Assembly (NCBI GenBank): GCA_964633905.1
Contig: CAZWIT010000002.1
Span: 63,209 to 127,208, forward strand
Source: an uncultured Gammaproteobacteria bacterium
GTDB lineage: Bacteria > Patescibacteriota > Patescibacteriia > UBA1558 > GWA2-36-10
DNA: 64,000 nt
Direction: 5' to 3'
The translations under genes and the position numbers were made by a program. This document shows positions 1 through 12,502 of this stretch, piece after piece. How positions within the stretch are numbered: position 1 is the stretch's first letter; every line of letters begins with the position of its first letter. The notes beneath the pieces are model-generated. The model was not told where the DNA came from. It was given only the letters and a program-made list of their open reading frames with translations, and did no database searches.

Positions 1-1
1 G

Positions 2-85
2 GGAGTAATTCAAGCTTTAATTTTTTCAGTTTTAACAGTAGTATATTTTACCATTGCTTCTACTGAGCATAGTGCTGAACATTAA
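2..85 (+). CDS. atpB: F0F1 ATP synthase subunit a, 3' end (partial)
   Basis: Frame 2 reads GVIQALIFSVLTVVYFTIASTEHSAEH*, matching the subunit-a C-terminal GxIQAxIFxxL..Y motif; directly upstream of atpE. Confidence 0.9.
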   Translation, partial: GVIQALIFSVLTVVYFTIASTEHSAEH

Positions 86-154
86 TTTATTAATAATATT
101 AATTAGTTTAAAGTAGGCGACTTTAAAAAACCAAACAACAGTCGACCGAAATAA

Positions 155-382
<228 letters not shown>

Positions 383-408
383 ATTATTTTGACTGCCTAT
401 TAATTTAG

Positions 409-440
409 GCGGCTCGCCCCGCATGCGCGAGGCGAGCCGC
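409..440 (+). other. GC-rich stem-loop between atpE and atpF
   Basis: GCGGCTCGCC (409-418) / GGCGAGCCGC (431-440), a perfect 10-bp inverted repeat with no U-tract. Confidence 0.75.
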
Positions 441-461
441 GGCAGAACTAAGTAATTTATT

Positions 462-965
462 ATGGAAATATTGCAATTATTTGGAGTAGATTGGAAATTA
501 ATGCTAGCCCAACTAGTCAACTTTATTATTGTACTATTGGTACTTTGGCGTTTTGCTTTAAAGCCTCTTAGTAAAACCATGGAAGCAAGAAATAAAGAAA
601 TCGCTCAAGGTTTAGATGATGCAAAAAATGCTTCTGAACGTTTACATAAAGTCGAGCAAGAAGCTAAAGAACAAATAAGTAGAGCCAAGCAAGAGGCGAT
701 GTTGATTTTAGAAAAAGCCAGTACCCAAGCCGAAGCTAGTCGCAAAGCTGCTACTGAAAAGACAAGGCAAGAAGTGGCTATTTTAATTGCTAAGGCTAAA
801 GAGCAGATTGAAGCCGAAAAAGATATGTTGGTAGATGAAGCGCGTCAGGACTTATCTAAATTATTAGTAGAAGCTTTAGAAAAGATTTTAACTAAGGGCG
901 TCAGTCAAGAAATTGATAAAAAATATTTGCAAGCAATAGCTAAAGAATTAAAACATGAAAAATAA
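462..965 (+). CDS. atpF: ATP synthase F0 subunit b
   Basis: N-terminal TM (AQLVNFIIVLLVLWRF) followed by a long coiled coil; operon position. Confidence 0.96.
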   Translation: MEILQLFGVDWKLMLAQLVNFIIVLLVLWRFALKPLSKTMEARNKEIAQGLDDAKNASERLHKVEQEAKEQISRAKQEAMLILEKASTQAEASRKAATEKTRQEVAILIAKAKEQIEAEKDMLVDEARQDLSKLLVEALEKILTKGVSQEIDKKYLQAIAKELKHEK

Positions 966-1359
966 AGAGCAAATAAAATATTTAGCTCAAGCTTTATTTA
1001 ATGTTTCTCAAAATAAAACTCCGAAACAGCTTGATCATATTACTGATAATTTATTAAAATTATTAAGGGCACAGGGACGTTTAGGTGATTTAGCCGAAAT
1101 TATTCAATCAGTAAAAGATTTGCAATTAAGTAAGCAAGGCAAAGCTAAAATTAAGGTCAATAGTACTTATCTTTTAAAAGACGCTGAGCTGAAGTTAGTA
1201 GCCAAGCTTGCTAAACAGTTAAGTGATCAAGAAGCAGAGTTGGAACAAAAAATAGATAATAGCTTAATTGGTGGAGTAGTGTTGCGCCATCAAGATAAAC
1301 TTATTGACCTATCAATTCGCAACAAAATAAATAAATTAAACGAAGCCATGATTAATTAA
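955..1359 (+). CDS. atpH: ATP synthase F1 subunit delta (short form)
   Basis: C-terminal [20 protein letters not shown] motif; lies between atpF and atpA. Confidence 0.92.
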   Translation: MKNKEQIKYLAQALFNVSQNKTPKQLDHITDNLLKLLRAQGRLGDLAEIIQSVKDLQLSKQGKAKIKVNSTYLLKDAELKLVAKLAKQLSDQEAELEQKIDNSLIGGVVLRHQDKLIDLSIRNKINKLNEAMIN

Positions 1360-1375
1360 TATTTCATTAAATATT

Positions 1376-2899
1376 ATGTCACACGATTATTTAGTAAAAA
1401 GTTTAGAAAAAAAATTAGCCGACTTGGATTTAAGTAGTGCCATTGAAACTGTTGGCGAAGTTATTGAAGTAGGCGATGGTATTGCTCGCGTCTCTGGCTT
1501 GTCAGATTGTATGTCCAGTGAAATGTTGGAATTCACCAGCAAGGATGGCACTAAAGTTTTAGGTTTAGCTCTAAATCTAGAAGAAAATGTTATTGGTGCT
1601 ATTGTTTTGGGTGATTATCAGCTTTTGCAAGCTGGCGATAAGGTAAAAGGAACTAAAAGAGTATTAGAAGTGCCAGTGGGCGAAGCGGTCATTGGTAGAG
1701 TTGTTGATCCTTTAGGTAATCCTTTAGATGGCAAGGGCCCAATTAAAACTAAAAATTTTTATCCAGTAGAAAAAATTGCACCAGGTGTTATTACTCGTCA
1801 ATCAGTAACTCAGCCTTTGCAAACTGGTATTAAAGTAATTGATGCTATTATTCCGATTGGAAAAGGTCAACGTGAACTTATCATTGGCGATAGACAGACT
1901 GGTAAAACAGCTATTGCTATTGATGCTATTATCAATCAAAAAGGTAAAGATGTAATTTGTATTTATGTAGCTATTGGGCAAAAAGAATCTAGAATTGCTA
2001 AGATTGTAGCTAAGCTTGAAGAAACTGGTGCTATGGAATACACTACGGTAGTTTTGGCTGGCGTTTCAGCTCCAGCAGCTTCATCCTACATTGCTCCTTA
2101 TGCAGGGGTAGCTATGGGTGAATATTTTATGGATCAAGGTAAAGATGTGCTAGTAGTTTATGATGATTTGTCAAAACACGCTGTGGCTTACAGACAGATC
2201 TCTTTATTATTACGTCGGCCACCAGGACGTGAAGCTTATCCAGGCGATGTCTTTTATTTACATTCTCGTTTGTTAGAAAGGGCAGCAAAACTTAGCCCAG
2301 AATTTGGCGGCGGATCACTTACTGCTTTGCCGATTATTGAAACTCAAGCTGGTGATATTTCTGCCTATATTCCAACTAATGTTATCTCTATTACTGATGG
2401 ACAAATATTTTTAGAAACAGATTTGTTTTATAAAGGTATCAGGCCAGCTTTAAATTCTGGCTTATCGGTTTCCCGTGTTGGTTCAGCTGCTCAGATTAAA
2501 GCAATGAAAAAAGTAGCTGGCCGTTTAAAGCTTGATTTAGCTCAATTTAGAGAATTGGAAGCTTTTGCCCAATTTGGTTCAGATTTAGACGAGGCCACCA
2601 AGCAACAATTAAATCGGGGAGCGCGAGTGGTAGAAATTTTAAAGCAAAGCCAGTATTCACCATTATCTCAAGGCAAACAAGTGGCCATACTTTATGCAGT
2701 AATTAATGGTTATTTAGATACAGTGCCAGTTGAGAATATTGCTGACTTGGAGCAGAAATTATACCAGAATTTAGAATTACAAAATTCAGATTTACTCAAA
2801 AAAATTGAAACAGAAGGACAGCTAGATGAAGCAATGGAAGATAAATTAAAACAAATTATTAGTGATTTAGTAGAAGCTAATCAAGTAAGCAAGAAATAG
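1376..2899 (+). CDS. atpA: ATP synthase F1 subunit alpha
   Basis: GDRQTGKT Walker [22 protein letters not shown]. Confidence 0.99.
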   Translation: MSHDYLVKSLEKKLADLDLSSAIETVGEVIEVGDGIARVSGLSDCMSSEMLEFTSKDGTKVLGLALNLEENVIGAIVLGDYQLLQAGDKVKGTKRVLEVPVGEAVIGRVVDPLGNPLDGKGPIKTKNFYPVEKIAPGVITRQSVTQPLQTGIKVIDAIIPIGKGQRELIIGDRQTGKTAIAIDAIINQKGKDVICIYVAIGQKESRIAKIVAKLEETGAMEYTTVVLAGVSAPAASSYIAPYAGVAMGEYFMDQGKDVLVVYDDLSKHAVAYRQISLLLRRPPGREAYPGDVFYLHSRLLERAAKLSPEFGGGSLTALPIIETQAGDISAYIPTNVISITDGQIFLETDLFYKGIRPALNSGLSVSRVGSAAQIKAMKKVAGRLKLDLAQFRELEAFAQFGSDLDEATKQQLNRGARVVEILKQSQYSPLSQGKQVAILYAVINGYLDTVPVENIADLEQKLYQNLELQNSDLLKKIETEGQLDEAMEDKLKQIISDLVEANQVSKK

Positions 2900-2905
2900 A
2901 AAGTT

Positions 2906-5252
<2,347 letters not shown>

Positions 5253-5260
5253 CTATTACC

Positions 5261-5710
5261 ATGGCAGATATAAAATTAAAAATTGTTACCCCCGAAAAGG
5301 TGCTGTATCAAGATACAGTTAGCCAGCTTTCGGTATCAACTGTGACAGGACAAATTACTATTTTGCCTCATCATTTACCTTTAGTAAGTCGTCTTGCTCC
5401 TGGTGAAATTATCATCAAAAAAAATAGCCACAGCGAAGATTTAATGGCAGTCTCCGGTGGCTTTATTGAGGTTTTGCCTGATCAGGTTATTATTTTAGCA
5501 GACACCGCCGAACGAGCTGAGGAAATCGACGAAACTAGAGCTGAGGCAGCTAGACTTAGGGCCCAGGAATTGTTAAATACTAAGATGGTTGATGCTGAGC
5601 AATTTGCTTTCTTTAGCGCCTCTTTAGAAAAAGAATTAGCGCGTATTAGGGTAGCTAAAAAGTATAAAAAAAATAGAGGCGCTAACATCAATCTTAATCG
5701 TGAGGAATAG
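5261..5710 (+). CDS. atpC: ATP synthase F1 subunit epsilon
   Basis: IVTPEK, GQITILPHH, VSGGFIEV, C-terminal helical hairpin. Confidence 0.97.
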   Translation: MADIKLKIVTPEKVLYQDTVSQLSVSTVTGQITILPHHLPLVSRLAPGEIIIKKNSHSEDLMAVSGGFIEVLPDQVIILADTAERAEEIDETRAEAARLRAQELLNTKMVDAEQFAFFSASLEKELARIRVAKKYKKNRGANINLNREE

Positions 5711-5786
5711 TTTCTTAACGATTGACTAAAAGCCCAATTAGTGCTAAAATGGAGTCCGCAAATTAAGATAAATTTAAGCTTATTTT

Positions 5787-6236
5787 ATGGGCTATATTGT
5801 ACCAAATGATCTATTAAAGGAGCACGAATGTCCTTTGGCAGTAATCAAGTGTGTTGATTTTCGTTTTAGAGTTTCTGACCAAGAATTCGTGGAAAAGGGT
5901 TTAGGCTACAAAAATTTTGATTTATATGCTTGGCCAGGTAGTGCTAAGGATGTTTTGAAAAACAATGGTTTTAAAATGTCTTTTATTGCAAGTATTGTAG
6001 CTGTTTCTAAAAACCTACATAATGTAAAAAAACTTTTGCTTTTATGGCATTGGGATTGTGGTGCTTACGGAGGCAGTAAGAATTTCAATGATGCATCTCT
6101 AGAAGAGCAGACATACATTAAGGATTTGCAAACTGTTAAAGAAATGTTGGTCAAAGAATTACCAGCTGATCTAGAAATTATTATGTCTTATTCAAAATTT
6201 GTACCACAGGGTTTGGATTATATTGTAGTTGAATAA
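5787..6236 (+). CDS. Putative beta-class carbonic anhydrase-like Zn protein
   Basis: CVDFR (CxDxR) and HWDCGAYG (HxxC) Zn-ligand motifs. Confidence 0.8.
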   Translation: MGYIVPNDLLKEHECPLAVIKCVDFRFRVSDQEFVEKGLGYKNFDLYAWPGSAKDVLKNNGFKMSFIASIVAVSKNLHNVKKLLLLWHWDCGAYGGSKNFNDASLEEQTYIKDLQTVKEMLVKELPADLEIIMSYSKFVPQGLDYIVVE

Positions 6237-6249
6237 AATATTGATTAAG

Positions 6250-6284
6250 ACACCCAGCTCTTCGCGAAGAGCTGGGTGTTTTTT
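6250..6284 (+). terminator. Rho-independent terminator
   Basis: Palindrome ACACCCAGCTCTTCG/CGAAGAGCTGGGTGT followed by a T-run. Confidence 0.85.
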
Positions 6285-6475
6285 GTTTTAAATAATATTG
6301 ACTTTTTGTTTAAAGCATGTTAAAATTTTTTTCCTTCTTTTAAATATATTTATAATATTAGGAGTCTAGATAATAGTATTCTTATTTATTAATAATATTA
6401 TTATGTGGGCTAACTTTTAGCTCTTGTTTTTTAAACCCCGCAGTAAGACTGGTTTCTCAACAGGAGGTTGTAGCC

Positions 6476-6991
6476 TTGGTAAATGGGCTGTATCACGCTT
6501 GTGGCGTGCCTTGCATTGATGGTGCTTATTTTCCTCTTTTTGAAGAGGCAGTAAAAAAGATGGAGGGAGAAATTGTTGATATGATGCCACAACCTGGTGG
6601 CGCCAAGACTTTGCGTATGTCGCGTTTGTCGGCACATGAGTTTGTGCAAAATTTTGTTGGCGTATCCGTGGCTAAACATGGTGTGAGACTCATTATTTTG
6701 GGTAATCATTTGTGTTGTGGTGCTTATGAGCGTTTTAATTTGGATCTGTCTCAAGAAGAGGATTTGCAAAAGAAACATATTGAGCGAGCAATTCGCTTTT
6801 TGAATGATCAGGTCAATTTGACCATTACTCATTATCTTTTGGATGAAGATCTTGCGCCCAGAGAAAGGGAAAATTTGATTATGGCTGCAGATAGTGGCCT
6901 AGTGATCAAGTCGCTTTTGATCAAGCCCCATGATATGTCCAAACGTATCACTAATCCTATTACTGAATGTTTTGTGGAAAGAGTTTTCTAA
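6476..6991 (+). CDS. Divergent second beta-carbonic-anhydrase-like protein
   Basis: CIDG and NHLCCGAY motifs, plus PGG matching WPG of the neighbour; AGGAGG SD before a TTG start; own terminator at 7019-7052. Confidence 0.65.
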   Translation: MVNGLYHACGVPCIDGAYFPLFEEAVKKMEGEIVDMMPQPGGAKTLRMSRLSAHEFVQNFVGVSVAKHGVRLIILGNHLCCGAYERFNLDLSQEEDLQKKHIERAIRFLNDQVNLTITHYLLDEDLAPRERENLIMAADSGLVIKSLLIKPHDMSKRITNPITECFVERVF

Positions 6992-7018
6992 AACAAATTT
7001 GATAGTCTACTGCATCTT

Positions 7019-7052
7019 TGCCAGTCCTGATAATGGGACTGGTATTTTTTTT
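7019..7052 (+). terminator. Rho-independent terminator
   Basis: CCAGTCC / GGACTGG stem followed by T8. Confidence 0.8.
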
Positions 7053-7085
7053 GCTTTTTAATTTAATATTAGTTAAAATATTGAT

Positions 7086-10034
7086 ATGGATTTAAATAAA
7101 TTAAATGAAGCTCAAAAACAGGCAGTAATGCACGATGCTGGCCCAGTTATCTTGATTGCTGGTGCTGGTACGGGTAAAACGACGGTTATTAGTCAAAGGA
7201 TTGCTTATCTAATTGAACAAAAAAAAGCCAAACCAGAAGAGATTTTAGCTGTTACTTTTACCGAAAAAGCAGCTGGAGAAATGTTAGAGCGGGTAGATAC
7301 GCTATTGCCCTTAGGTTATGCTGATTTGTGGATTAATACCTTTCATGGTTTTTGCGAAAAGGTTTTAAAAGAATATGCTTTAGATATTGGTGTGCCAAAT
7401 GATTTTAGGGTACTAGACAAAACTTCAGCTTGGCTTTTGGTTAGAGAAAATTTAGAAAAATTTGATTTGGATTATTATCGTCCTTTAGGCAACCCAACTA
7501 AATTTATTCATGCGCTCTTGAGTCATTTTTCGCGTTGTAAAGATGAAGTGATCTATCCCGAAGATTATTTAGAATATGCTGACAATTTGCAGCTTGATCA
7601 GGATTTAGCCATGGATCAAGAAGAAGTAGCGCAAGAAGCATTGCGCATCAAAGAGATTGCTAATGCTTATCATAGCTATCAACAAATTTTGCTGGATAAT
7701 AATGCGCTGGACTTTGGTGATTTGATTAATTACACTTTACGTTTATTTAAAAAACGTCCTTTAGTATTAAGGCATTTTCGTCAGCAATTTAAATATATCT
7801 TAGTTGATGAATTTCAAGATACCAATTGGGCGCAGTATGAGCTTATTAAAATTTTAGCAGCCCCTAAAAATAATCTGATGGTAGTAGGTGATGATGATCA
7901 GGCGATTTATAAATTTCGGGGAGCGGCTATTGCTAATATTTTAAGTTTTCAAAAAGATTATAGTAAGGATAAAAAACATCCTTTAACCCAAATATTTTTA
8001 ACTGATAATTATCGTTCCGGACAAAAAATACTAGATGTAGCTTATGATTTTATTCAATTAAACAATCCGGATCGTTTAGAATATCAATTAAAAAAATCAA
8101 AGAAGAAATCTAGTGGTATTTTAAATAAAAAATTAATTAGCCACAGCGAAGTTGCAGGCGAAGTGCAGGTATTAGGATTTACTGATAGCGCGGCTGAGAT
8201 TGAAGGTATTGTAAATAAAATAGTAGTTTTAAAAAAAGCTGATTCTAAATTATTATGGTCAGATTTTGCTATTTTAGTACGTGCCAATGATGCCGCTACG
8301 GGCTTTGTTAGCTTTATGCGTAAAGTAGGCTTACCGCATCAATTTATGGCTTCGCGCGGACTCTATAATCAAGATATAGTTTTAGATATTATTGCCTATT
8401 TAAAGCTGCTTGATAATTATCATGAGTCTTCGGCTTTATTTAGAATTTTAAGTTTACCTCTTTTTTCTTTGGAATCAAGAAGCATTGTTAATTTAAGTCA
8501 TTTAGCTAGTAAAAAGGCTTGGAGTTTATTTGCTGCACTACAAAATTATCGTTTGCATTTAGATTTGCCAGTTAGCGATCAGCGGACAATTGAAAAATTT
8601 ATAAGCAGTTTAAATCAGCACTCTCAATTAACTAAAAATAAGCCAGTCTCGCAAGTAATTTATGCTTGGCTAGAAGATAGTGGTTATTTGCAGCTTTTGA
8701 CTTTAGAACAAAATCAATACAATCAAGAACAACTAGGTTTTTTAAATCAGTTTTATCGTAAAATTAAGGCTTGGGAAGAACAGCATATTGGCAATGCTTC
8801 GGTGCGTGAATTTTTAACACAATTAAATTGGGAGTTAGACTCAGGGGAGCAGGGAGCCCTAGAAATGGCAGACGACGCTGGACCAGATGCGATTAGAATC
8901 ATGACTGTTCATGGCGCTAAGGGTTTAGAATTTAAGTATGTTTTTGTGACTAATTTGGTACAGCTACGATTCCCAAGTAATGAGCGTCGTGATCCGATTG
9001 AATTGCCAGAACTGTTTATTAAAGAGCAATTGCCCCAAGGCGATGCTCATTTGCAAGAAGAACGGCGTTTATTTTATGTGGCTTTAACGCGTGCTAAACA
9101 GGCTGTGTTTTTGACTTGGGCTAAAGATTATGGTGGTAGTCGCCAGAAAAAACCCTCTCGCTTTTTAGAAGAAATTAATTTACCTAGTGAGCAAGTAGCA
9201 GAAACTGCCAGTATCAATGAAGTAGCTATAGTCAAAGCTGTGCCTCAAGCTTTAAAATACGAAAAGCCAAAAGCTTTTTCTTTTTCTCAGCTTAAAGCTT
9301 ATGAAACTTGTCCGCGCCAATATTTTTACTCTTACGTAGTTAAAATTCCGGTTAAAGGTAGTCCCCAGTTTAGTTTTGGTAAAACTATGCATAATACTTT
9401 GCAAAAATTTTACCAACAAATAATGGAGGGTAAAAAAGCACAGCAAGGTGATTTATTTAAAGTTAAGGCAGAATTTAAAATACCTAGTCTTAATGATTTA
9501 TTAAAAATTTATGAAAATGAATGGCTAGATGATTGGTATAATTCGGCATCAGAAAAAGAAAAATATCGTAAGCTGGGGAGTGATATTTTAAAAGAGTATT
9601 ACCAGAAAAATGGACCTCATTTTTCCGTGCCTTTATTTTTAGAAAAAGGTTTTAATATTAAAGTTGATAATTTTACGGTCAGAGGTTTTATTGATCGGGT
9701 TGATGTGGTAGATAATGCCTGGGAGGTTATTGATTATAAAACTGGTAAAGCTAAAGATGCTAGCATTACTTTTGATGATAAAAAACAATTATTAATTTAT
9801 CAGTTGGCTGCTGAAGAAGTTTGGCAAACGCAAGTTAAAGCTCTTACTTTTTATTATTTAAATAATAATACGCCAGTATCTTTTGTGGGTACTGATAAAG
9901 AAAAGCTAAAAGTTAAAGAATGGATGCTTGATATTATTGGGCAGATTTTGGCCGATGATTTTACGGCTTTGCCTGGGCATGCTTGTCAGTTTTGTGATTA
10001 TAAACAAATTTGTCCATTTGTTAAAAATGTCTAG
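7086..10034 (+). CDS. UvrD/PcrA-type SF1 helicase fused to a C-terminal PD-(D/E)XK (RecB/AddB-like) nuclease
   Basis: AGAGTGKT, LVDEFQD, TVHGAKGLEF, EERRLFYVALTRA; C-terminal GFIDRVD..IDYKTG with Cys set CP...CQFC..ICP. Confidence 0.93.
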   Translation: MDLNKLNEAQKQAVMHDAGPVILIAGAGTGKTTVISQRIAYLIEQKKAKPEEILAVTFTEKAAGEMLERVDTLLPLGYADLWINTFHGFCEKVLKEYALDIGVPNDFRVLDKTSAWLLVRENLEKFDLDYYRPLGNPTKFIHALLSHFSRCKDEVIYPEDYLEYADNLQLDQDLAMDQEEVAQEALRIKEIANAYHSYQQILLDNNALDFGDLINYTLRLFKKRPLVLRHFRQQFKYILVDEFQDTNWAQYELIKILAAPKNNLMVVGDDDQAIYKFRGAAIANILSFQKDYSKDKKHPLTQIFLTDNYRSGQKILDVAYDFIQLNNPDRLEYQLKKSKKKSSGILNKKLISHSEVAGEVQVLGFTDSAAEIEGIVNKIVVLKKADSKLLWSDFAILVRANDAATGFVSFMRKVGLPHQFMASRGLYNQDIVLDIIAYLKLLDNYHESSALFRILSLPLFSLESRSIVNLSHLASKKAWSLFAALQNYRLHLDLPVSDQRTIEKFISSLNQHSQLTKNKPVSQVIYAWLEDSGYLQLLTLEQNQYNQEQLGFLNQFYRKIKAWEEQHIGNASVREFLTQLNWELDSGEQGALEMADDAGPDAIRIMTVHGAKGLEFKYVFVTNLVQLRFPSNERRDPIELPELFIKEQLPQGDAHLQEERRLFYVALTRAKQAVFLTWAKDYGGSRQKKPSRFLEEINLPSEQVAETASINEVAIVKAVPQALKYEKPKAFSFSQLKAYETCPRQYFYSYVVKIPVKGSPQFSFGKTMHNTLQKFYQQIMEGKKAQQGDLFKVKAEFKIPSLNDLLKIYENEWLDDWYNSASEKEKYRKLGSDILKEYYQKNGPHFSVPLFLEKGFNIKVDNFTVRGFIDRVDVVDNAWEVIDYKTGKAKDASITFDDKKQLLIYQLAAEEVWQTQVKALTFYYLNNNTPVSFVGTDKEKLKVKEWMLDIIGQILADDFTALPGHACQFCDYKQICPFVKNV

Positions 10035-10035
10035 T

Positions 10036-10356
10036 ATGAAAACTTTAAAGTTTGTAGCGCCTTTGCCAGATTTAATTTTAGCTGGTAAAAAAACTAGCAC
10101 TTGGCGACTTAATGATGAGAAGAATATTATTGTTGATGATGAACTTAGTCTTTGTAATGCAGTGGGTCAGGAATTTGCCAGAGCCAAAGTGGTTGAAGTT
10201 TTATTTTCTAAATTAGGTAGTTTAGATGCCAAAGAAAAAGAGGGGCACGAGAGCTATGCGTCGGAACAGGAAATGTATGAAACTTTTTCTAGATTTTATA
10301 ATTTAGCAGTTGGATCTACTACTGAAGTTAAAATTATCAAGTTTAAATTATTATAA
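10036..10356 (+). CDS. ASCH domain protein
   Basis: ILAGKKTSTWR (GxKxxxxR) motif; ATG 1 nt after the helicase stop is the likely start. Confidence 0.82.
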   Translation: MKTLKFVAPLPDLILAGKKTSTWRLNDEKNIIVDDELSLCNAVGQEFARAKVVEVLFSKLGSLDAKEKEGHESYASEQEMYETFSRFYNLAVGSTTEVKIIKFKLL

Positions 10357-10359
10357 AAT

Positions 10360-11031
10360 ATGAATAATATTTTTTTAATTTGTGGCTACGGAGTGCCAAA
10401 AAATATTTTACAAGATAATAATTATAATATTTATTTAAACATTGCTTTTAATCAGCTTTATAATTTTACGCAAGTAAAAAAGATTAATAATCCAATTATT
10501 ATTTTTTCTGGTGGGCAGACTGATTGTTTTAAACCATATAATCGTCAAGAGGCTGTATTAATGAATTTATTTTTTAAAAAATGGTCGCAACGAATGCAAC
10601 TAAAGAGCATAACTAAAAATTGGCAAATTTTACTAGAAAATAAATCATTATCAACTTTAGAAAATTTATTGTTTAGTAGAAATTTATTAAAATCAAAAAA
10701 AATTAAACAAGGAGCTTTATATATTATTCACGAACAGACACACGGTCATCGTCTAAAGATTTTGGTGCCTAAGATTTTTTCTAGTAGTTTTAATAAATTT
10801 TATTGGCCAATTGATTTTGATACTTCAGCCAATCGTTATTTGGGCGAGGATTTTTTACGAAAAAAAGAAGCTAAAACCTTGCGACATGATTTATGGTCTC
10901 TACAAAGTCAAGGTAATTTAATAAAACATCATAAATTATATCAAAAAAGGTTAATTTTTTTGCGCCAAGCTAAATCAGATAAGCATATAGACTTAGTAAG
11001 AAAGTGGTGGGAAAAACAATTAGAGATATAG
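10360..11031 (+). CDS. YdcF/DUF218 (ElyC/SanA-like) family protein
   Basis: IIFSGG...EA...LENKSLSTLEN pattern. Confidence 0.7.
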   Translation: MNNIFLICGYGVPKNILQDNNYNIYLNIAFNQLYNFTQVKKINNPIIIFSGGQTDCFKPYNRQEAVLMNLFFKKWSQRMQLKSITKNWQILLENKSLSTLENLLFSRNLLKSKKIKQGALYIIHEQTHGHRLKILVPKIFSSSFNKFYWPIDFDTSANRYLGEDFLRKKEAKTLRHDLWSLQSQGNLIKHHKLYQKRLIFLRQAKSDKHIDLVRKWWEKQLEI

Positions 11032-11078
11032 AGCTTAGCGTTGATTTTTATAGGGTTTTTTGTTAAAATTAGCAGCAG

Positions 11079-11480
11079 ATGAATCACAAAATATACAGCA
11101 TAATAATGGGCATAATGATGGGCCTTTCTAGCTTTGGTTTTTTTATAATTATCTTTAATTTTGATCCCAGCCAGGCTAATTGGATAGTTTTTGCCTTGTT
11201 TTATTTAACCTTATTTTTATCGTCTTTGGGTTTATTATCGTTATTAGGTTTTTGGTTAAGACGCTTATTTAGTAAGGAACGTATGCAAAATCGTTTAGCA
11301 ATTATTAATTCTTTAAGGCAGGGTTTAATCATGGCTTTAGTGGTAGTAATAGCCATGTGGTTACAATCAGCGCGTTTACTTACTTGGTGGAATACAATAC
11401 TATTGGCACTGGCGGCGGCTGCGCTGGAATTTGTTATTTTATTATTTCGACGTGACCCAGAAGAGAGTTTGCTTAAGTAG
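11079..11480 (+). CDS. Hypothetical 4-TM membrane protein
   Basis: Four hydrophobic segments, SLRQG loop. Confidence 0.8.
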   Translation: MNHKIYSIIMGIMMGLSSFGFFIIIFNFDPSQANWIVFALFYLTLFLSSLGLLSLLGFWLRRLFSKERMQNRLAIINSLRQGLIMALVVVIAMWLQSARLLTWWNTILLALAAAALEFVILLFRRDPEESLLK

Positions 11481-11494
11481 GATAAATTAATTTT

Positions 11495-12499
11495 ATGGAA
11501 AAAAAATTAGGTGAATTAAAAAATAATTTTTGGAAAGAAATAGAGTCAATTAAAGATTCTAGGACCTTATTTGATCTTAAAAATAAATATTTAGGACGCA
11601 AGGGTCTGCTTGCCGATACTTTAAAAGATTTAAAAGATTTAGCCGCTGAAGAAAAGCCAAAAATTGGCCAAATTGCTAATCAGTTAAAAGAAGAGCTAAC
11701 TAATGTTTTTGTAAAATTAGAAGAAAAATTTGGCGCTAGCGGAGAGAATTTAGATTTTGATCCTACTTTGCCAGGTCATTTAAGGCCAGTTGGTCATTTG
11801 CATCCTTTGACCAATATTCAAAATGAAATTGAACAAGCTTTTTTGCAAATGGGATTTACTGTTTTTGACGGACCACAACTTGAATCAGAGTATTACAACT
11901 TTACAGCTTTAAATATTCCCGAAGAACATCCGGCTCGTGATACTCAAGACACTTTTTGGTTAGATGATGGCAATCTATTGCGTACGCACACTTCTAATTT
12001 ACAAGTACGTATGTTAGAAAAATACGGTGCTCCTTTTAGAGGTATTTTTCCGGGTAGGGTATTCCGCTTCGAATCAACTGATGCTTCGCATGATCACACC
12101 TTTCATCAATTAGAGGGTTTGATGGTAGATAAAAATATTAACATTGGCAATTTAATTGCGGTAATGAAGTCATTGTTATCAGCTGTCTTTAAGACAGAGG
12201 TAACAGTGCGTTTGCGTCCTGGGTTTTTTCCTTTTGTTGAGCCTGGCTTTGAAATGGATATCAAGTGTTTAATCTGTGATGGTAAGGGCTGTTCGGTTTG
12301 TAAACAATCGGGCTGGGTAGAATTAATGCCTTGTGGCATGGTTCACCCCAAGGTATTGTCAGCCGCTGGTATTGACCCTAACGCTTATTCAGGCTTTGCT
12401 TTTGGCCTAGGTTTGACGAGACTAGTTATGATGAAGTATAGAATTAATGATATTAGATTACTTACTTCAGCTGACTTAAGATTTTTAAATCAATTTTAA
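11495..12499 (+). CDS. pheS: Phenylalanine-tRNA ligase alpha subunit
   Basis: HPARDTQDTF, LRTHTS, FPFVEP, GFAFGLG. Confidence 0.98.
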   Translation: MEKKLGELKNNFWKEIESIKDSRTLFDLKNKYLGRKGLLADTLKDLKDLAAEEKPKIGQIANQLKEELTNVFVKLEEKFGASGENLDFDPTLPGHLRPVGHLHPLTNIQNEIEQAFLQMGFTVFDGPQLESEYYNFTALNIPEEHPARDTQDTFWLDDGNLLRTHTSNLQVRMLEKYGAPFRGIFPGRVFRFESTDASHDHTFHQLEGLMVDKNINIGNLIAVMKSLLSAVFKTEVTVRLRPGFFPFVEPGFEMDIKCLICDGKGCSVCKQSGWVELMPCGMVHPKVLSAAGIDPNAYSGFAFGLGLTRLVMMKYRINDIRLLTSADLRFLNQF

Positions 12500-12502
12500 T
12501 AT

